Shown here: positions 18,695-28,925 of the stretch, one piece after another | Numbering within the stretch: position 1 is the stretch's first letter | How the letters are laid out: every line of letters begins with the position of its first letter | DNA from: Escherichia phage vB_EcoS_ESCO30 | Reading direction: 5' to 3' (one strand) | Sequence record: NC_106513.1 | Length of the DNA: 64,000 nucleotides | Program-made: the position numbers and the translations under genes | The notes under the pieces: model-generated | The model's input: only the letters and a program-made list of their open reading frames with translations | Databases searched by the model: none | Told to the model about the DNA's origin: nothing

Positions 18695-20071
18695 ATGACT
18701 ATTGATATTAATAAGCTGAAAGAAGAACTTGGTCTGGGTGATCTGGCTAAATCTCTGGAAGGTCTGACCGCTGCTCAGAAAGCTGCTGAAGCTGAACGTA
18801 TGCGTAAAGAGCAGGAAGAAAAAGAACTGGCTCGTATGAATGACCTGGTTTCTAAAGCAGTTGGCGAAGATCGTCAGAAACTGGAACAAGCTCTGGAACT
18901 GGTTAAGTCTCTGGATGAAAAATCTAAGAAGAGCGCTGAACTGTTTGCACAGACTGTAGAAAAACAGCAGGAAACTATTGTTGGTCTTCAGGATGAAATT
19001 AAATCTCTGCTAGCAGCTCGTGAAGGTCGTTCCTTCGTTGGTGATAGCGTAGCTAAAGCACTGTACGGTACTCAGGAAGCTTTTGAAGATGAAGTTGAAA
19101 AACTAGTTCTTCTGTCTTATATGATGGAGAAGGACGTATTTGAAACTGAACATGGTAAAGCCCACGTTAAGGCTGTCAATGGTTCTTCTTCCGTTTCTAT
19201 GTCTAGCGAAGCATACGAAACTATCTTCTCCACTCGTATTATCCGTGACCTGCAGAAAGAATTAGTAGTTGGCGCACTGTTCGATGAACTGCCAATGTCC
19301 AGCAAAATTCTTACTATGCTCGTTGAACCAGAAGCTGGAAAAGCTACTTGGGTGGATGCTTCCAAATTCGGTACTGACGAAACTGTTGGTGACGAAGTTA
19401 AAGGTACTCTGACTGAAATCAGCTTCAAAACTTACAAGCTGGCTGCTAAGTCCTTCATCACTGATGAAACTGAAGAAGATGCAATCTTCTCCCTACTGCC
19501 TCTGCTGCGTAAGCGTCTGATCGAAGCACATGCCGTTTCTATCGAAGAAGCGTTTATGACTGGTAATGGTACTGGTCAGCCGAAAGGTCTGTTGACTCTG
19601 GCTAGTGAAGATAGTGCTAAAGTTACCACTGAAGCTAAAGCTGATGGTTCTGTACTAGTAACTGCTAAAACCATTTCTAAACTGCGTCGTAAACTGGGCC
19701 GTCATGGTCTAAAACTGAGCAAACTGGTACTGATCGTATCTATGGATGCTTATTACGATCTGCTGGAAGATGAAGAATGGCAGGATGTTGCACAGGTTGG
19801 TAACGATGCTGTTAAACTGCAAGGTCAGGTTGGTCGTATTTATGGTCTGCCGGTTGTAGTTTCTGAGTACTTCCCAGCTAAAGCAGCAGATAAAGAGTTC
19901 GCAGTTATTGTTTATAAAGATAACTTCGTAATGCCGCGTCAGCGTGCTGTTACTGTTGAACGTGAGCGCCAAGCTGGTAAACAGCGTGACGCGTACTACG
20001 TTACTCAGCGTGTTAACCTGCAACGTTACTTTGCAAATGGTGTTGTATCCGGTGCTTACGCTACCGCTTAA
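18695..20071 (+). CDS. Major capsid protein precursor with N-terminal scaffold-like coiled coil (458 aa)
   Basis: Charged coiled-coil N-terminus then HK97-like core; strongly biased codon usage; terminator follows. Confidence 0.8.
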   Translation: MTIDINKLKEELGLGDLAKSLEGLTAAQKAAEAERMRKEQEEKELARMNDLVSKAVGEDRQKLEQALELVKSLDEKSKKSAELFAQTVEKQQETIVGLQDEIKSLLAAREGRSFVGDSVAKALYGTQEAFEDEVEKLVLLSYMMEKDVFETEHGKAHVKAVNGSSSVSMSSEAYETIFSTRIIRDLQKELVVGALFDELPMSSKILTMLVEPEAGKATWVDASKFGTDETVGDEVKGTLTEISFKTYKLAAKSFITDETEEDAIFSLLPLLRKRLIEAHAVSIEEAFMTGNGTGQPKGLLTLASEDSAKVTTEAKADGSVLVTAKTISKLRRKLGRHGLKLSKLVLIVSMDAYYDLLEDEEWQDVAQVGNDAVKLQGQVGRIYGLPVVVSEYFPAKAADKEFAVIVYKDNFVMPRQRAVTVERERQAGKQRDAYYVTQRVNLQRYFANGVVSGAYATA

Positions 20072-20091
20072 TACAGGCTTTTCAGCCGATA

Positions 20092-20116
20092 AGGAGAGCT
20101 TCGGCTCTCCTTTTTT
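20092..20116 (+). terminator. Rho-independent terminator GGAGAGCTTCGGCTCTCC + T-run
   Basis: Perfect 7-bp GC stem, 4-nt loop, TTTTTT. Confidence 0.7.
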
Positions 20117-20130
20117 ATTGGGAAAAATAA

Positions 20131-20643
20131 ATGCAAATCATCACAGCCGAAGATTATAGATTATATGGTGGTTTAAAACGACCTGAATTAGAGTCTGGTG
20201 TAGAAATGATGATTACTGCTGCCAATGCGCTGATTACGAGCCTTCTAGGCATGGATGATGCTGATGCGGTAGACCAGTTAATCAATACAAAACCTACACG
20301 TAGGAAATATTTTCTGAGCTCACCTTCTGCTACCTCCGTAACTAAAGTGACGATTAACGATAATGAGATTGATCCAGAGCAGTATAAGCTATACTCTGAT
20401 GGTGTTATCCTCCTAAAGTTTAATCCTCCAGAAGGTTATATGGATGTAGCATATACACAAGGTGGATTTAACCCAGTGCCTGAAGATCTCAAACTTGCAG
20501 CGTGTATGCTAGTAGATCATTGGCATAAACAAGATTATCGCCAAGCTAAAACAATTGGTGGTGAAACAGTAACCTTCAACAGCACTAAGTCTGGTATTCC
20601 AGAGCATATTCGTACTATTATTGAAGTATATAGGAGAGTATAA
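20131..20643 (+). CDS. Head completion/connector protein (170 aa)
   Basis: Position after capsid gene; preceded by TATTGGGAAAAATAA motif instead of a classical SD. Confidence 0.45.
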   Translation: MQIITAEDYRLYGGLKRPELESGVEMMITAANALITSLLGMDDADAVDQLINTKPTRRKYFLSSPSATSVTKVTINDNEIDPEQYKLYSDGVILLKFNPPEGYMDVAYTQGGFNPVPEDLKLAACMLVDHWHKQDYRQAKTIGGETVTFNSTKSGIPEHIRTIIEVYRRV

Positions 20644-21410
20644 TGTCTCTTTCCGATCTAGCTAAACAAATTATTAAAGAGCAGCTAGATACTGCAGGAC
20701 GATCTGAAAATAATAAGAATACTGTTGTGTACTCTGTTGAGACAGGGTTAAAAGATCCTACCAGAGATGGTACTATTGCTCAAGTATCTTTTAAGTTTTC
20801 AAAACCCGTATCACAAGATCTTCTTGATGTTAGAACAGCCTCCATACTAAAAGCTGTATCCTCTAGTTTAGATCTTTCGGGAGATTTAGGTGCTCTAGAA
20901 AATCTTATACAGGCAACCGCAGGTAAAAAATCTGCTGTAGGTAAAAAACGTTCTACAGGCAGAGTAGAGGTAAACTTTGGAGATCCTAAAGACGTAGAGG
21001 ATGGATACTCAGGTGCAATAACAGGTGCTTCCGGACGTTTCGTGTCTAATAGCAATATGAAAGTTATACTAGAGATAGTTGCTAAAGAGTACTTAATAAA
21101 GGATATGAAAAAGACAGGAGCGCCATTAAAATTTAGAACCGGTCGCTTTGCAAATTCTCTAAAAATTAAAGATGTTATGCTTAGAGACGCAGAGACTAGT
21201 AAAGGTTCTCCTGAATTGAACGTAACATATAATTATATGACTCGTCCATATTCTGTGTTCAACCCCGCAGTATCTACATATAGAAGATTATCTCTACGAC
21301 CTTATCCTGGCGCTAGAAACCCACAAAAACTTATTGGTGAGGCTATAGCAAAAGCTGCAAGAGACCTGATTCACTCCAGATATAAAATTAAGGTTAATCA
21401 AGGAACCTAA
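20643..21410 (+). CDS. Putative neck/tail-attachment protein (255 aa)
   Basis: AGGAG SD, start coupled to upstream stop. Confidence 0.4.
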   Translation: MSLSDLAKQIIKEQLDTAGRSENNKNTVVYSVETGLKDPTRDGTIAQVSFKFSKPVSQDLLDVRTASILKAVSSSLDLSGDLGALENLIQATAGKKSAVGKKRSTGRVEVNFGDPKDVEDGYSGAITGASGRFVSNSNMKVILEIVAKEYLIKDMKKTGAPLKFRTGRFANSLKIKDVMLRDAETSKGSPELNVTYNYMTRPYSVFNPAVSTYRRLSLRPYPGARNPQKLIGEAIAKAARDLIHSRYKIKVNQGT

Positions 21411-21413
21411 TAA

Positions 21414-21899
21414 ATGGACCATAGAACAAGTATTGCACAAGCTATGGTTGACCGAATCTCTAAACAAATGGATGGTTCTCAACCTGACGAATATTTTAAT
21501 AACCTATACGGAAACGTTTCTCGTCAAACTTATAAATTTGAGGAAATACGAGAGTTTCCTTATGTGGCAGTTCATATCGGAACTGAAACTGGGCAGTATC
21601 TTCCTTCGGGCCAACAGTGGATGTTTTTAGAACTTCCAATCCTGGTGTACGATAAAGAGAAAACAGACATTCAAGAGCAACTTGAAAAACTCGTAGCGGA
21701 TATAAAAACCGTTATTGACACAGGTGGAAATTTAGAATATACTGTTAGTAAACCTAATGGATCGACCTTCCCATGTGAGGCAACTGATATGATCATTACA
21801 TCAGTTAGTACAGATGAGGGTCTACTGGCCCCATATGGTTTAGCAGAAATAAATGTAACAGTGAGGTATCAGCCTCCACGTAGGTCACTTCGCAGATAA
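21414..21899 (+). CDS. Putative tail completion protein (161 aa)
   Basis: Position and size only. Confidence 0.4.
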   Translation: MDHRTSIAQAMVDRISKQMDGSQPDEYFNNLYGNVSRQTYKFEEIREFPYVAVHIGTETGQYLPSGQQWMFLELPILVYDKEKTDIQEQLEKLVADIKTVIDTGGNLEYTVSKPNGSTFPCEATDMIITSVSTDEGLLAPYGLAEINVTVRYQPPRRSLRR

Positions 21900-21925
21900 G
21901 TTACAGATTAGGAGAAAATAATTAA

Positions 21926-23317
21926 ATGTCTTTACAACTATTACGTAATACTCGAATCTTCGTGTCTACGGTTAAGACTGGTCATAATAAGACCAACACG
22001 CAAGAGATTCTAGTTCAGGATGATATTTCTTGGGGTCAGGACAGTAACTCAACAGATATTACTGTTAATGAAGCTGGTCCGCGTCCAACTCGTGGTTCTA
22101 AACGTTTTAACGACTCTTTAAACGCAGCTGAGTGGAGTTTTTCTACTTACATCCTACCGTATAAAGATAAAACTACTAGCAAACAAATTGTTCCTGACTA
22201 TATGTTATGGCATGCACTTTCTAGTGGTAAAGCTATTAACTTAGAAGGTAATACAGGGGCACACAATAACACAACTAACTTCATGGTTAACTTCAAAGAT
22301 AACTCCTATCATGAGTTAGCAATGTTACATATTTATATTCTGACTGATAAAGCATGGAGTTATATTGATTCCTGTCAGATTAATCAGGCAGAGGTTAACG
22401 TTGATATCGAAGATATTGGCCGTGTAACTTGGTCTGGTAATGGTAATCAGCTTATTCCTCTGGATGAGCAACCATTTGATCCGGATGAAATAGGTATTGA
22501 TGATGAAACTTATATGACTATCCAGGGTTCTTATATTAAGAACAAACTAACGATCTTGAAGATCAAGGACATGGATACCAATAAGTCTTATGACATACCG
22601 ATTACCGGTGGTACTTTTACTATTAACAACAACATTACTTATTTAACACCTAATGTAATGTCCCGTGTTACTATTCCAATTGGTTCCTTTACCGGTGCTT
22701 TTGAATTAACTGGTTCATTAACTGCTTATCTGAATGATAAATCTCTTGGTTCTATGGAACTGTATAAAGATCTTATCAAAACTCTGAAGGTAGTTAACCG
22801 CTTCGAAATCGCTTTAGTACTTGGTGGCGAATACGATGATGAACGTCCTGCAGCTATTCTGGTAGCTAAACAAGCGCACGTTAATATTCCTACTATTGAA
22901 ACTGATGATGTACTTGGTACTTCAGTAGAGTTTAAAGCTATTCCATCTGATCTGGATGCTGGTGATGAGGGTTACTTAGGATTTTCTAGTAAATATACCA
23001 AAACAACTATTAATAACTTGATTGTTAATGGTGATGGTGCTACTGATGCTGTAACCGCAATTACTGTTAAATCTGCCGGTGATGCTACTTCTGTTCGGAC
23101 TGGACAAACTCTTCAGATGAGTGTTGAAGTTACTCCTTCTTCCGCAAGGAATAAGGATGTTACCTGGGCTATCACTGCCGGTGATGCAGCTACTATCAAT
23201 GCAACAGGACTATTAACAGCACATGCTAGTAAAACTGGTGCAGTAACTGTAGAAGCTACTGCTAAAGATGGTTCTGGAGTTAAAGGTACTAAACAGATTA
23301 CTGTAACAGGTGGTTAA
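21926..23317 (+). CDS. Major tail tube protein with C-terminal Ig-like (Big_2-type) domain (463 aa)
   Basis: C-terminal segment ITVKSAGDATSVRTGQTLQMSVEVTP...VTVEATAKDGSG typical of Big_2; position before chaperone and tape measure genes. Confidence 0.65.
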   Translation: MSLQLLRNTRIFVSTVKTGHNKTNTQEILVQDDISWGQDSNSTDITVNEAGPRPTRGSKRFNDSLNAAEWSFSTYILPYKDKTTSKQIVPDYMLWHALSSGKAINLEGNTGAHNNTTNFMVNFKDNSYHELAMLHIYILTDKAWSYIDSCQINQAEVNVDIEDIGRVTWSGNGNQLIPLDEQPFDPDEIGIDDETYMTIQGSYIKNKLTILKIKDMDTNKSYDIPITGGTFTINNNITYLTPNVMSRVTIPIGSFTGAFELTGSLTAYLNDKSLGSMELYKDLIKTLKVVNRFEIALVLGGEYDDERPAAILVAKQAHVNIPTIETDDVLGTSVEFKAIPSDLDAGDEGYLGFSSKYTKTTINNLIVNGDGATDAVTAITVKSAGDATSVRTGQTLQMSVEVTPSSARNKDVTWAITAGDAATINATGLLTAHASKTGAVTVEATAKDGSGVKGTKQITVTGG

Positions 23318-23321
23318 TTAA

Positions 23322-24218
23322 ATGTTTTATTCTCTCATGCGAGAGTCTAAAATAGTTATTGAGTACGATGGTAGGGGGTATCATTTCGATGCCCTCTCTA
23401 ATTATGATGCTAGTACGTCTTTTCAAGAGTTTAAGACTCTTAGACGTACTATCCATAATCGTACTAACTATGCAGACTCTATTATTAATGCTCAAGATCC
23501 TTCATCTATTTCATTGGCAATAAATTTCAGTACTACGCTTATTGAATCTAATTTCTTTGATTGGATGGGATTCACGCGTGAGGGAAATTCTTTATTTTTG
23601 CCAAGAAATACTCCCAATATTGAACCTATTATGTTCAATATGTATATTATTAATTATAATAATAGCTGTATTTATTTCGAAAACTGTTATGTATCAACAG
23701 TTGATTTTTCTCTAGATAAGAGTGTACCAATTCTAAATGTTGGTATTGAGTCTGGAAAATTCTCTGAAGTATCTACTTTCCGTGATGGATATACAATTAC
23801 ACAAGGTGAAGTACTTCCGTATAGTCCTCCAGCTGTGTATACTAATAGCGCGCCGCTGCCGGCATTAATTTCAGCATCTATGTCCTTCCAACAACAATGT
23901 TCTTGGAGAGAAGATAGAAGTATATTTGATATAAACAAAGTTTATACTAATAAACGAGCTTATGTCAATGAAATGAATGCTTCCGCAACACTAGCTTTCT
24001 ATTACGTTAAGAGATTGGTAGGAGATAAGTTCTTGAATCTAGACCCTGAAACAAGAACTCCACTAATTATTAAAAATAAGTATGTTTCTATAACATTCCC
24101 TTTAGCACGTATTTCAAAACGCCTAAACTTCTCAGATTTGTATCAGGTAGAGTATGATGTAATTCCTACTGCTGATTCAGATCCTGTAGAAATAAACTTC
24201 TTTGGAGAAAGAAAATAA
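23322..24218 (+). CDS. Hypothetical tail protein (298 aa)
   Basis: AGGTGG SD; late-operon context. Confidence 0.4.
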   Translation: MFYSLMRESKIVIEYDGRGYHFDALSNYDASTSFQEFKTLRRTIHNRTNYADSIINAQDPSSISLAINFSTTLIESNFFDWMGFTREGNSLFLPRNTPNIEPIMFNMYIINYNNSCIYFENCYVSTVDFSLDKSVPILNVGIESGKFSEVSTFRDGYTITQGEVLPYSPPAVYTNSAPLPALISASMSFQQQCSWREDRSIFDINKVYTNKRAYVNEMNASATLAFYYVKRLVGDKFLNLDPETRTPLIIKNKYVSITFPLARISKRLNFSDLYQVEYDVIPTADSDPVEINFFGERK

Positions 24219-24622
24219 TGATTAACTTAAAAGATATTACTCTAGAAACTCGTACTGTCACTCTTTCATACCCAGGTATGCCGAACTTTAAGCTAGAGCT
24301 TAATTATATGTCTCGTGCTACTTCTAAACGAGTTATCACCTCTGCTAAGCGTGACGAGTGGGTTAATGGTACTTTGATTCAGGTACAAGATGATGATAAG
24401 TTTATTGAAGCTTTCGTTGATGCTGCGATTAAAGGTTGGACTGGTTTGACTGTAGGTGACGTTGAAAAACTGATGCTGATCGAAACAGATGCTGATCCTG
24501 CTACTGAAGTTCCATTTAGTCGTGATAATGCTGTAATGCTTATGCAGAACTCTGCTGCGTTTGATTCTTGGATCAACCAGACAGTGTTCCACTTAGACAC
24601 TTTTCGTAGCTCAAAAGCGTAA
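24218..24622 (+). CDS. Putative tail assembly chaperone (134 aa)
   Basis: Canonical position between tail tube and tape measure genes. Confidence 0.45.
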   Translation: MINLKDITLETRTVTLSYPGMPNFKLELNYMSRATSKRVITSAKRDEWVNGTLIQVQDDDKFIEAFVDAAIKGWTGLTVGDVEKLMLIETDADPATEVPFSRDNAVMLMQNSAAFDSWINQTVFHLDTFRSSKA

Positions 24623-24683
24623 AGAATTACTAGATGCTGTTGCTGACTTTGCTGATAAGTGTATTAAAAGCTCAGCATCTAAA

Positions 24684-25052
24684 ATGACTAAACAACAATA
24701 TTTAATACTTTGTGAATCAATGGGTATAGAGCCTGATCCTAAGGCTATGCCTGTTGAACTTGAAGACTTTCCACCTATTGTAGCTATTAGTATGAATATT
24801 TATAATAGTCTAGTTGACTGTTTCATACCTGGTGACTTCCCTATTTTTATAGGTAAAGATAAAGCTGCTTTAGGTGTTTTATTTGATATTTATGGGATTA
24901 CTGATCCTATAGAGAAAGAATTTGTTCTACACATTATCAATATATTTGATGCTAAAGCTGTAGACGCTGCACGTAAACGTGCTGAGAAGCATAAGCCGCA
25001 AAATGGTAGAATACCTAACGTTAAGCCACATGCCAAATCTCGAGCACGGTAA
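24684..25052 (+). CDS. Putative chaperone extension ORF (122 aa; frame open from about 24597)
   Basis: No SD before the ATG; reading frame overlaps the end of the upstream ORF in the +1 frame. Confidence 0.4.
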   Translation: MTKQQYLILCESMGIEPDPKAMPVELEDFPPIVAISMNIYNSLVDCFIPGDFPIFIGKDKAALGVLFDIYGITDPIEKEFVLHIINIFDAKAVDAARKRAEKHKPQNGRIPNVKPHAKSRAR

Positions 25053-25087
25053 AAGTTTCCTCCAATGGGCGTTCCACGATGAGGCTT

Positions 25088-25118
25088 GGCTCTGGGTGAT
25101 TTGCCCAGAGCCTTTTTT
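25088..25118 (+). terminator. Rho-independent terminator GGCTCTGGG...CCCAGAGCC + T-run
   Basis: 9-bp stem followed by TTTTTT. Confidence 0.7.
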
Positions 25119-25135
25119 ATTGGGAAAAATAAAAT

Positions 25136-28100
25136 ATGACTGATAAGCTAATACGAGAATTATTAATAGACGTTAAGCAGAAGGGGGCAACTCGTACTGC
25201 AAAGTCTATTGAAAACGTATCTGATGCGTTAGAAAACGCTGCTGCTGCTTCCGAACTGACAAATGAGCAGTTAGGTAAAATGCCCAAAACCCTTTACTCC
25301 ATTGAGAGGGCAGCAGATAGAGCAGCAAAAAGTCTTACTAAAATGCAAGCTAGTAGGGGCATGGCTGGTATCACTAAATCCATTGATGGTATTGGTGATA
25401 AGCTAGATTACCTGGCTATCCAACTTATTGAAGTAACAGATAAACTAGAAGTTGGATTCGATGGAGTTTCTAAATCTGTTAAAGCAATGGGTAATGATGT
25501 TGCCGCTGCAACGGAGAAAGTTCAAGATAGGCTGTATGATACTAATAGAGCCTTAGGTGGTACAGCTAGAGGTTTTAATGATACTGCTGGTGCCGCTGGT
25601 AGAGCTTCTAGAGCTATTGGTAATACTTCTGGTTCAGCACGTGGTGCAACTCGTGATTTTGCAGCAATGGCTAAGATAGGTGGTAGTTTACCTATTATGT
25701 ACGCAGCTCTTGCTTCCAACATCTTCGTTTTGCAATCTGCATTCGAACAACTTAAATTAGGTGACCAGTTAAATCGTCTAGAAAAATTTGGGGTTATAGT
25801 AGGTACTCAGACAGGTACTCCTGTTCAGTCCCTTGCTAGATCACTACAAGAAGCTGCTGGATATGCTATTTCTTTTGAAGAAGCAATGAGACAGGCATCT
25901 TCAGCGTCTGCTTATGGATTTGATGCCGAACAACTTAATAAATTTGGTTTAGTAGCTCGTCGTGCTGCTGCTGTTCTTGGCGTTGATATGACTGACGCAC
26001 TTAACCGTGTAATTAAGGGTGTATCTAAACAAGAAATCGAACTTCTGGATGAACTTGGTGTTACTATTCGTCTTAACGATGCTTATGCTGATTACGTTAA
26101 ACAGTTAAATGCTGCAAACACGGGTATAACATATAATATTAATAGCCTTACTACCTTCCAGAAACAGCAAGCGTATGCTAATGCTGTTATAGCAGAATCT
26201 ACTAAGCGTTTTGGTTACTTAGATGAAGTTTTACGTGCTACTCCATGGGAGCAATTTGCTGCTAACGCAGATGCTGCACTAAGAACAATACAACAAGCCG
26301 CTGCTAAATACCTAGGGCCAGTAATTGATGCTATCAACACAGTATTTTATACTTCTCAGGCTTCTGTATCTGCTGAAGCAGCTAGAGCTCAAGAAAAAAC
26401 TAATAGACAGATAGATCCTACTAACGTTGGTGCTGTTGCTTTAAGTTTGGCTGCTTCTGAAGAAGGGTATAATAAAGCTCTAGATATGTATAAGGAATCT
26501 CTTGATAAGCGTAATAAGCTAAAATCTGAGTTCGATAAACGAATGGAACAAGCAGATTTCTATACAAAATTAGCTATACGTCAAGTTGGTGAGGGTATTC
26601 CTGTTGGTCTTGCAGCAGCAGGTGCTTCGGAAGCTAATAAACAATTTGTAGCAGAAACTGCCGCTATGGGACTACAAGTAGCACGCTTGGATAAAGAAGT
26701 TACTGATTCTACAGAGAATCTCAATGCTTGGAAATCAGCGTATCAAGCTGCTGGGGCTGCTGCTGCAAAGGCTAGTCCAGAGTTTCAGAAGCAAATTAAT
26801 CTACAGAGAGATACTACTGATCCTGGTGCTGTATACGATTTTAACTCTACTGTATTAAAAGGTCTAACTGAGCAGCAGAAAGCGTACAATCAGACTAAGA
26901 AAACTGCTAGTGACTTAGCTAATGATATACAGAACGTTGCTCAGAGTACAGATACTGCTGCTAAAACTAGTGCTACCTTAGCAGATGCTATAAAAAACAT
27001 AGAATCTCTATCTCTAGGTACTGGTAAGAGTGCTGATGAGTACGTTAAAAATCTTAACCTAGGCTACAATACTCTGTCTGAAATGAAAACTGCGTCTCAG
27101 GCCTTATCTGAGTACGTTAGACTAACTGGTAATGAGACTAAGAACCAGTTAGCAGTCCAACAGAAGATAGCCGATGTATATAACCAAACTAAGGATAAAG
27201 AAAAAGCACAGGAAGCTGGTAGGCGTTTAGAACTCCAACAGTTAGAAGAGCAAGAAGCTGCTTTACGCCGTGTTCTTCAAACAAACCAGGGAAATAAAGC
27301 TGTTGAGAAAGAAATTGAAAAAATTCAGCTGGAGAAACTTAAACTTACCAATCAGGGTATGGAGGCTCAGAAGAAGGTTAAGGATTATACAGATAAAATT
27401 CTTGGTGTAGACCGTGAGATAGCTCTTCTGAATGACCGTACTATGACTAGCACTCAGTATAGATTAGCACAGTTAAAGTTAGAACTAACTATAGAGGAAG
27501 AAAAATACGAGTGGTACTTAAAACAAGCGGATAAACAAAAAGAGGCAGAACAGTCTAGACGTGCTCAAGCACAGATAAGCAGAGAGTTATGGGAAGCAGA
27601 GAAACAAGCTACTGCTACTCATGTATCCGCCCTTATGGATGCCTTAGAGGTTAGCCAAACGCAGAGAAATGTCACTGGTCAGTCCCAGATTCTCACTGAA
27701 AGGTTATCTATTCTGCAGCAGCAGCTGGAGCTGTCTAAAGGTAATACTGAAGAAGAAATTAAATATCGTAATGAGATTTATAAAACTTCGGCAGCCTTAG
27801 AACAGCTTAAAAAGCAAAGAGAGGATCAAACGTACAAATCAGTCATATCCTCACTAGGGGGTACATTCACTCCTACCAATGGATTATCTGGTGATGATAA
27901 AGAGTTTGCTGATTTTGAGAATAGAATGTCTATGTATGATCAGGCTATAGCTAAGATGTCAGAAGTGGATTCTGCCTCTACAGCATTGGCTAACAGCATA
28001 GGTAATTTCTCCTTAGCAGTGGTGGCTAATGCACAAGATAGCTTGGATAGTATAACAACCATATCTGCAGGTATGCAGATGGTGGGACAGATGATGGCAT

Positions 28101-28816
28101 ATTCCGCTAACCAGCAAATAAGTGCAATAGACCAGGCTATTGCAGCAGAACAGAAGCGTGATGGTAAATCTGAGGAATCTAAAGCTAAAATCAAGAAGTT
28201 GGAGGCAGAAAAGACTAAGATACAGCAGCGAGAAGCTAAAAAGCAAATAATCATATCTACAGCCGTAGCTATGATGAACGCTGCAGCTACCCGTCCATTC
28301 TTACCATTAGGGTTAACGATGATGGCCACTGCGGCTGCTGCAGGCGCACTATCCTTAGCCTCTGCTTCTAGTGCATCCTCTATACCCTCTGTGGATTCTG
28401 GAGCAAATACAACTAGTTACTTAACATTAGGAGAGCGTCAAAAGAATATAGATGTGTCCATGTCTGCTAACGCAGGTGAATTATCTTATATCAGAGGCGA
28501 TAAAGGTATAGGTAGTGCTAACTCTTTCGTTCCTCGTGCTGAGGGTGGTAATATGTACCCAGGGGTTAGTTACCAAATGGGTGAACATGGTACAGAAGTA
28601 GTTACCCCTATGGTTCCTATGAAAGCTACACCTAATGATGAGCTAAAAGCCTCATCTAACTCAACTTCAGGAAGACCTATCATCTTGAATATTAGTGCTA
28701 TGGATGCTGCAAGTTTTAGAGAGTTTGCTTCTAGTAATAGTAGTGCTCTAAGAGACGCAGTAGAATTAGCTCTGAATGAGAACGGTGCTAGTCTGAAAAC
28801 ATTAGGAAATTCTTAA
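25136..28816 (+). CDS. Tape measure protein (pb2-like, 1226 aa)
   Basis: Very long, Ala/Gln-rich coiled-coil protein with hydrophobic segments near the C-terminus; canonical position. Confidence 0.85.
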   Translation: MTDKLIRELLIDVKQKGATRTAKSIENVSDALENAAAASELTNEQLGKMPKTLYSIERAADRAAKSLTKMQASRGMAGITKSIDGIGDKLDYLAIQLIEVTDKLEVGFDGVSKSVKAMGNDVAAATEKVQDRLYDTNRALGGTARGFNDTAGAAGRASRAIGNTSGSARGATRDFAAMAKIGGSLPIMYAALASNIFVLQSAFEQLKLGDQLNRLEKFGVIVGTQTGTPVQSLARSLQEAAGYAISFEEAMRQASSASAYGFDAEQLNKFGLVARRAAAVLGVDMTDALNRVIKGVSKQEIELLDELGVTIRLNDAYADYVKQLNAANTGITYNINSLTTFQKQQAYANAVIAESTKRFGYLDEVLRATPWEQFAANADAALRTIQQAAAKYLGPVIDAINTVFYTSQASVSAEAARAQEKTNRQIDPTNVGAVALSLAASEEGYNKALDMYKESLDKRNKLKSEFDKRMEQADFYTKLAIRQVGEGIPVGLAAAGASEANKQFVAETAAMGLQVARLDKEVTDSTENLNAWKSAYQAAGAAAAKASPEFQKQINLQRDTTDPGAVYDFNSTVLKGLTEQQKAYNQTKKTASDLANDIQNVAQSTDTAAKTSATLADAIKNIESLSLGTGKSADEYVKNLNLGYNTLSEMKTASQALSEYVRLTGNETKNQLAVQQKIADVYNQTKDKEKAQEAGRRLELQQLEEQEAALRRVLQTNQGNKAVEKEIEKIQLEKLKLTNQGMEAQKKVKDYTDKILGVDREIALLNDRTMTSTQYRLAQLKLELTIEEEKYEWYLKQADKQKEAEQSRRAQAQISRELWEAEKQATATHVSALMDALEVSQTQRNVTGQSQILTERLSILQQQLELSKGNTEEEIKYRNEIYKTSAALEQLKKQREDQTYKSVISSLGGTFTPTNGLSGDDKEFADFENRMSMYDQAIAKMSEVDSASTALANSIGNFSLAVVANAQDSLDSITTISAGMQMVGQMMAYSANQQISAIDQAIAAEQKRDGKSEESKAKIKKLEAEKTKIQQREAKKQIIISTAVAMMNAAATRPFLPLGLTMMATAAAAGALSLASASSASSIPSVDSGANTTSYLTLGERQKNIDVSMSANAGELSYIRGDKGIGSANSFVPRAEGGNMYPGVSYQMGEHGTEVVTPMVPMKATPNDELKASSNSTSGRPIILNISAMDAASFREFASSNSSALRDAVELALNENGASLKTLGNS

Positions 28817-28822
28817 AACTGG

Positions 28823-28850
28823 AGGAGGACTTTGAGTCCTCCTTTTCTTT
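28823..28850 (+). terminator. Terminator hairpin GGAGGAC...GTCCTCC + T-rich run
   Basis: Stem-loop then TTTTCTTT just after the tape measure stop. Confidence 0.6.
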
Positions 28851-28925
28851 ATGGAAAAATAAAAATTTCTTGATAAAATTTTCTAATACTATTATAATAT
28901 TGTTATTAAAGAGGAGAAATTAACT

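Noticed and set aside
27940-28329. Minus-strand ORFs 27940-28329 and 28013-28246 inside the tape measure gene
   Set aside because: Embedded antisense ORFs with no SD or independent support; the tape measure gene has strong coding character on the plus strand.
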